This document shows, piece after piece, positions 62,289 through 64,000 of a DNA stretch of 64,000 bases. The stretch comes from Octopus sinensis. Taxonomy: Eukaryota. Below the pieces are notes generated by a model. The model did no database searches. It saw only the letters and a program-made list of their open reading frames with translations, and had not been told where the DNA came from. The stretch is taken from contig NC_042999.1 of NCBI RefSeq assembly GCF_006345805.1, forward strand, positions 118,482,001-118,546,000. Direction: 5' to 3'. Within the stretch, counting starts at the first letter, position 1. Each line of letters begins with the position of its first letter. A program made the translations under genes and the position numbers.

Positions 62289-63253
62289 TGTTGTTGATCA
62301 GGGTACTTCATTTCACATACTCCAATCTTTTCAGTACCAATGAATTTCTTCCAGGTACTGCTGTGGTCTCCTCTCCCACCAGCTGTCACATCTTGGATGT
62401 GCAACTGAATCAAGAGAATAATAGGTCTGAGAGAGTATCTGTGTCCATTCATGACTATAATAGAGACTTGAAGCAATTAGGGAGTGCATAGCAAATGTTA
62501 CCAAGCAATTTTCATTCACGAATGATGACTGGCTATTCTTCTACAATATTATATTGTAAGTCTTGGCTTTACTGTTTCAACCAACTCAAAATTCTTTCCA
62601 TGGTGTATAATAAATTTATTTAGTTACTGCGTTCTGGTAATATTTCTGAATATTTGTAATCTGTTAGTTGTAAACACAAAAGTTTATGGGCAGTCATAAA
62701 ATTCTTCTAATATATCATAACACAAATACACAAATAAAACATTGAGGCAAAACAAATACTCAATATCAGTGAAGGAAAATCTGTGAAATTTCTAATCAGT
62801 TTGTGCCTTTTGTTGTGCAACTTATGTATTGATTTATTGATTTCTTTTTGTCATACATTGATTGTTATGATGATGAATAAACTCGATGAAATCATTCATT
62901 TTCACTCTGTGTGCTTGCTTGTTTTGGGAATTTGATAATGTTACAAAGTGGTAGAGTTTACTCACAGATGCACTGTAGGATTTAGAATGGAACAGTGATC
63001 ACAAATGGGGTACATAAGTATGAGTATGAGAAATGGTCATGACTTCAGCTGTATGAAATTAAACAAGCTAGTGTATGGATTCCAGCAAAAGATTAACTGG
63101 TGCAGTAACAAAAATTAGTTCAGTGAAATACTGGTGCAGTGATAGAGTTCATATAGCTGTCTGATAGTAATAAAAATATTAGTTTAAGCGAGGACAATTT
63201 TAGTACAAATAAAGAAGTGTATTGAAGTGAGACACAAAAAAGTGATGAATATA

Positions 63254-63418
63254 TAGGCACAGGCATGGCCGAGTGGTAAGAAGTTTGCTTTCTACCACAT
63301 GGTTCTGGGTTCAGTCCTACTGCATGTCACCTTTGACAAATGTCTTCTAGTATAGTCTTCAGCTGACCAAAACCTTGTGAGAGAATTTGGTAGACAGAAA
63401 CTGAAGGAAGCCCATTGT
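63254..63418 (+). mobile_element. SINE family A 5' half
   Basis: TAGGCACAGGCATGGCCGAGTGGTAAG head. Confidence 0.82.
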
Positions 63419-63440
63419 ATATATATATATATATATATAT

Positions 63441-63719
63441 ATCATCATCATTATCGTTTTCACGTATGCTTTCCATGCTGGCATGGGTTGAACGGTTTGA
63501 CTGGGGACTGGTAAGCCAGGAGGCTGCACTAGGTTCCAATCTGATCTGGCAAGGTTTCTATAGCTGGATACTCTTGCTAACACCAACCAGTCTGAGAGTG
63601 TAGTGGGTGCTTTTTACAGGCCACCAGCACAGGAACCAGTCAGGCAGCACTGGCATCAACCACACTCAAATGGTGCTTTTTACGTGCCACCAGCATGTAG
63701 CCAATCAGGTGGCACTGGC

Positions 63720-63720
<1 letters not shown>
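63441..63720 (-). mobile_element. RTE-tail family C related copy
   Basis: (CAT)n..GCTTTCCATGCTGGCATGGGTTG. Confidence 0.8.

Positions 63721-64000
<280 letters not shown>

Overview
AT-rich, microsatellite-dense eukaryotic DNA. The repeat families look like those of a coleoid cephalopod (octopus-like); this is an inference from recalled repeat sequences, not a database result. Most of the window is transposon debris: tRNA-headed SINEs, RTE 3' ends, two R4/Dong-like LINEs in (TAA)n tracts, Penelope-like (Naiad-type) GIY-YIG fragments, a Chapaev3-like transposase remnant, mariner and hAT MITEs, and a Helitron. One host-gene exon is convincing (47234-47902, +), encoding the C-terminal half of a natriuretic-peptide-receptor / receptor-guanylate-cyclase-like ectodomain. 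The most notable structures are: (1) a young, structurally complete but non-coding 2.76-kb LTR element (20888-23648) with a 4-bp TSD, a tRNA-Trp-like PBS, a PPT and hairpin-rich LTRs; (2) several unrelated minimal type-I hammerhead ribozyme motifs, two of them inside large inverted-duplication elements, one with a tRNA head (54.5-55.1 kb) and one with a U3-A8 covariant core (27.0-27.6 kb); (3) a nearly intact GIY-YIG ORF with a long Asn-rich coding insert (41.9-42.8 kb). There is a 100-N scaffold gap at 39192-39291. All alignments and folds were done by eye.
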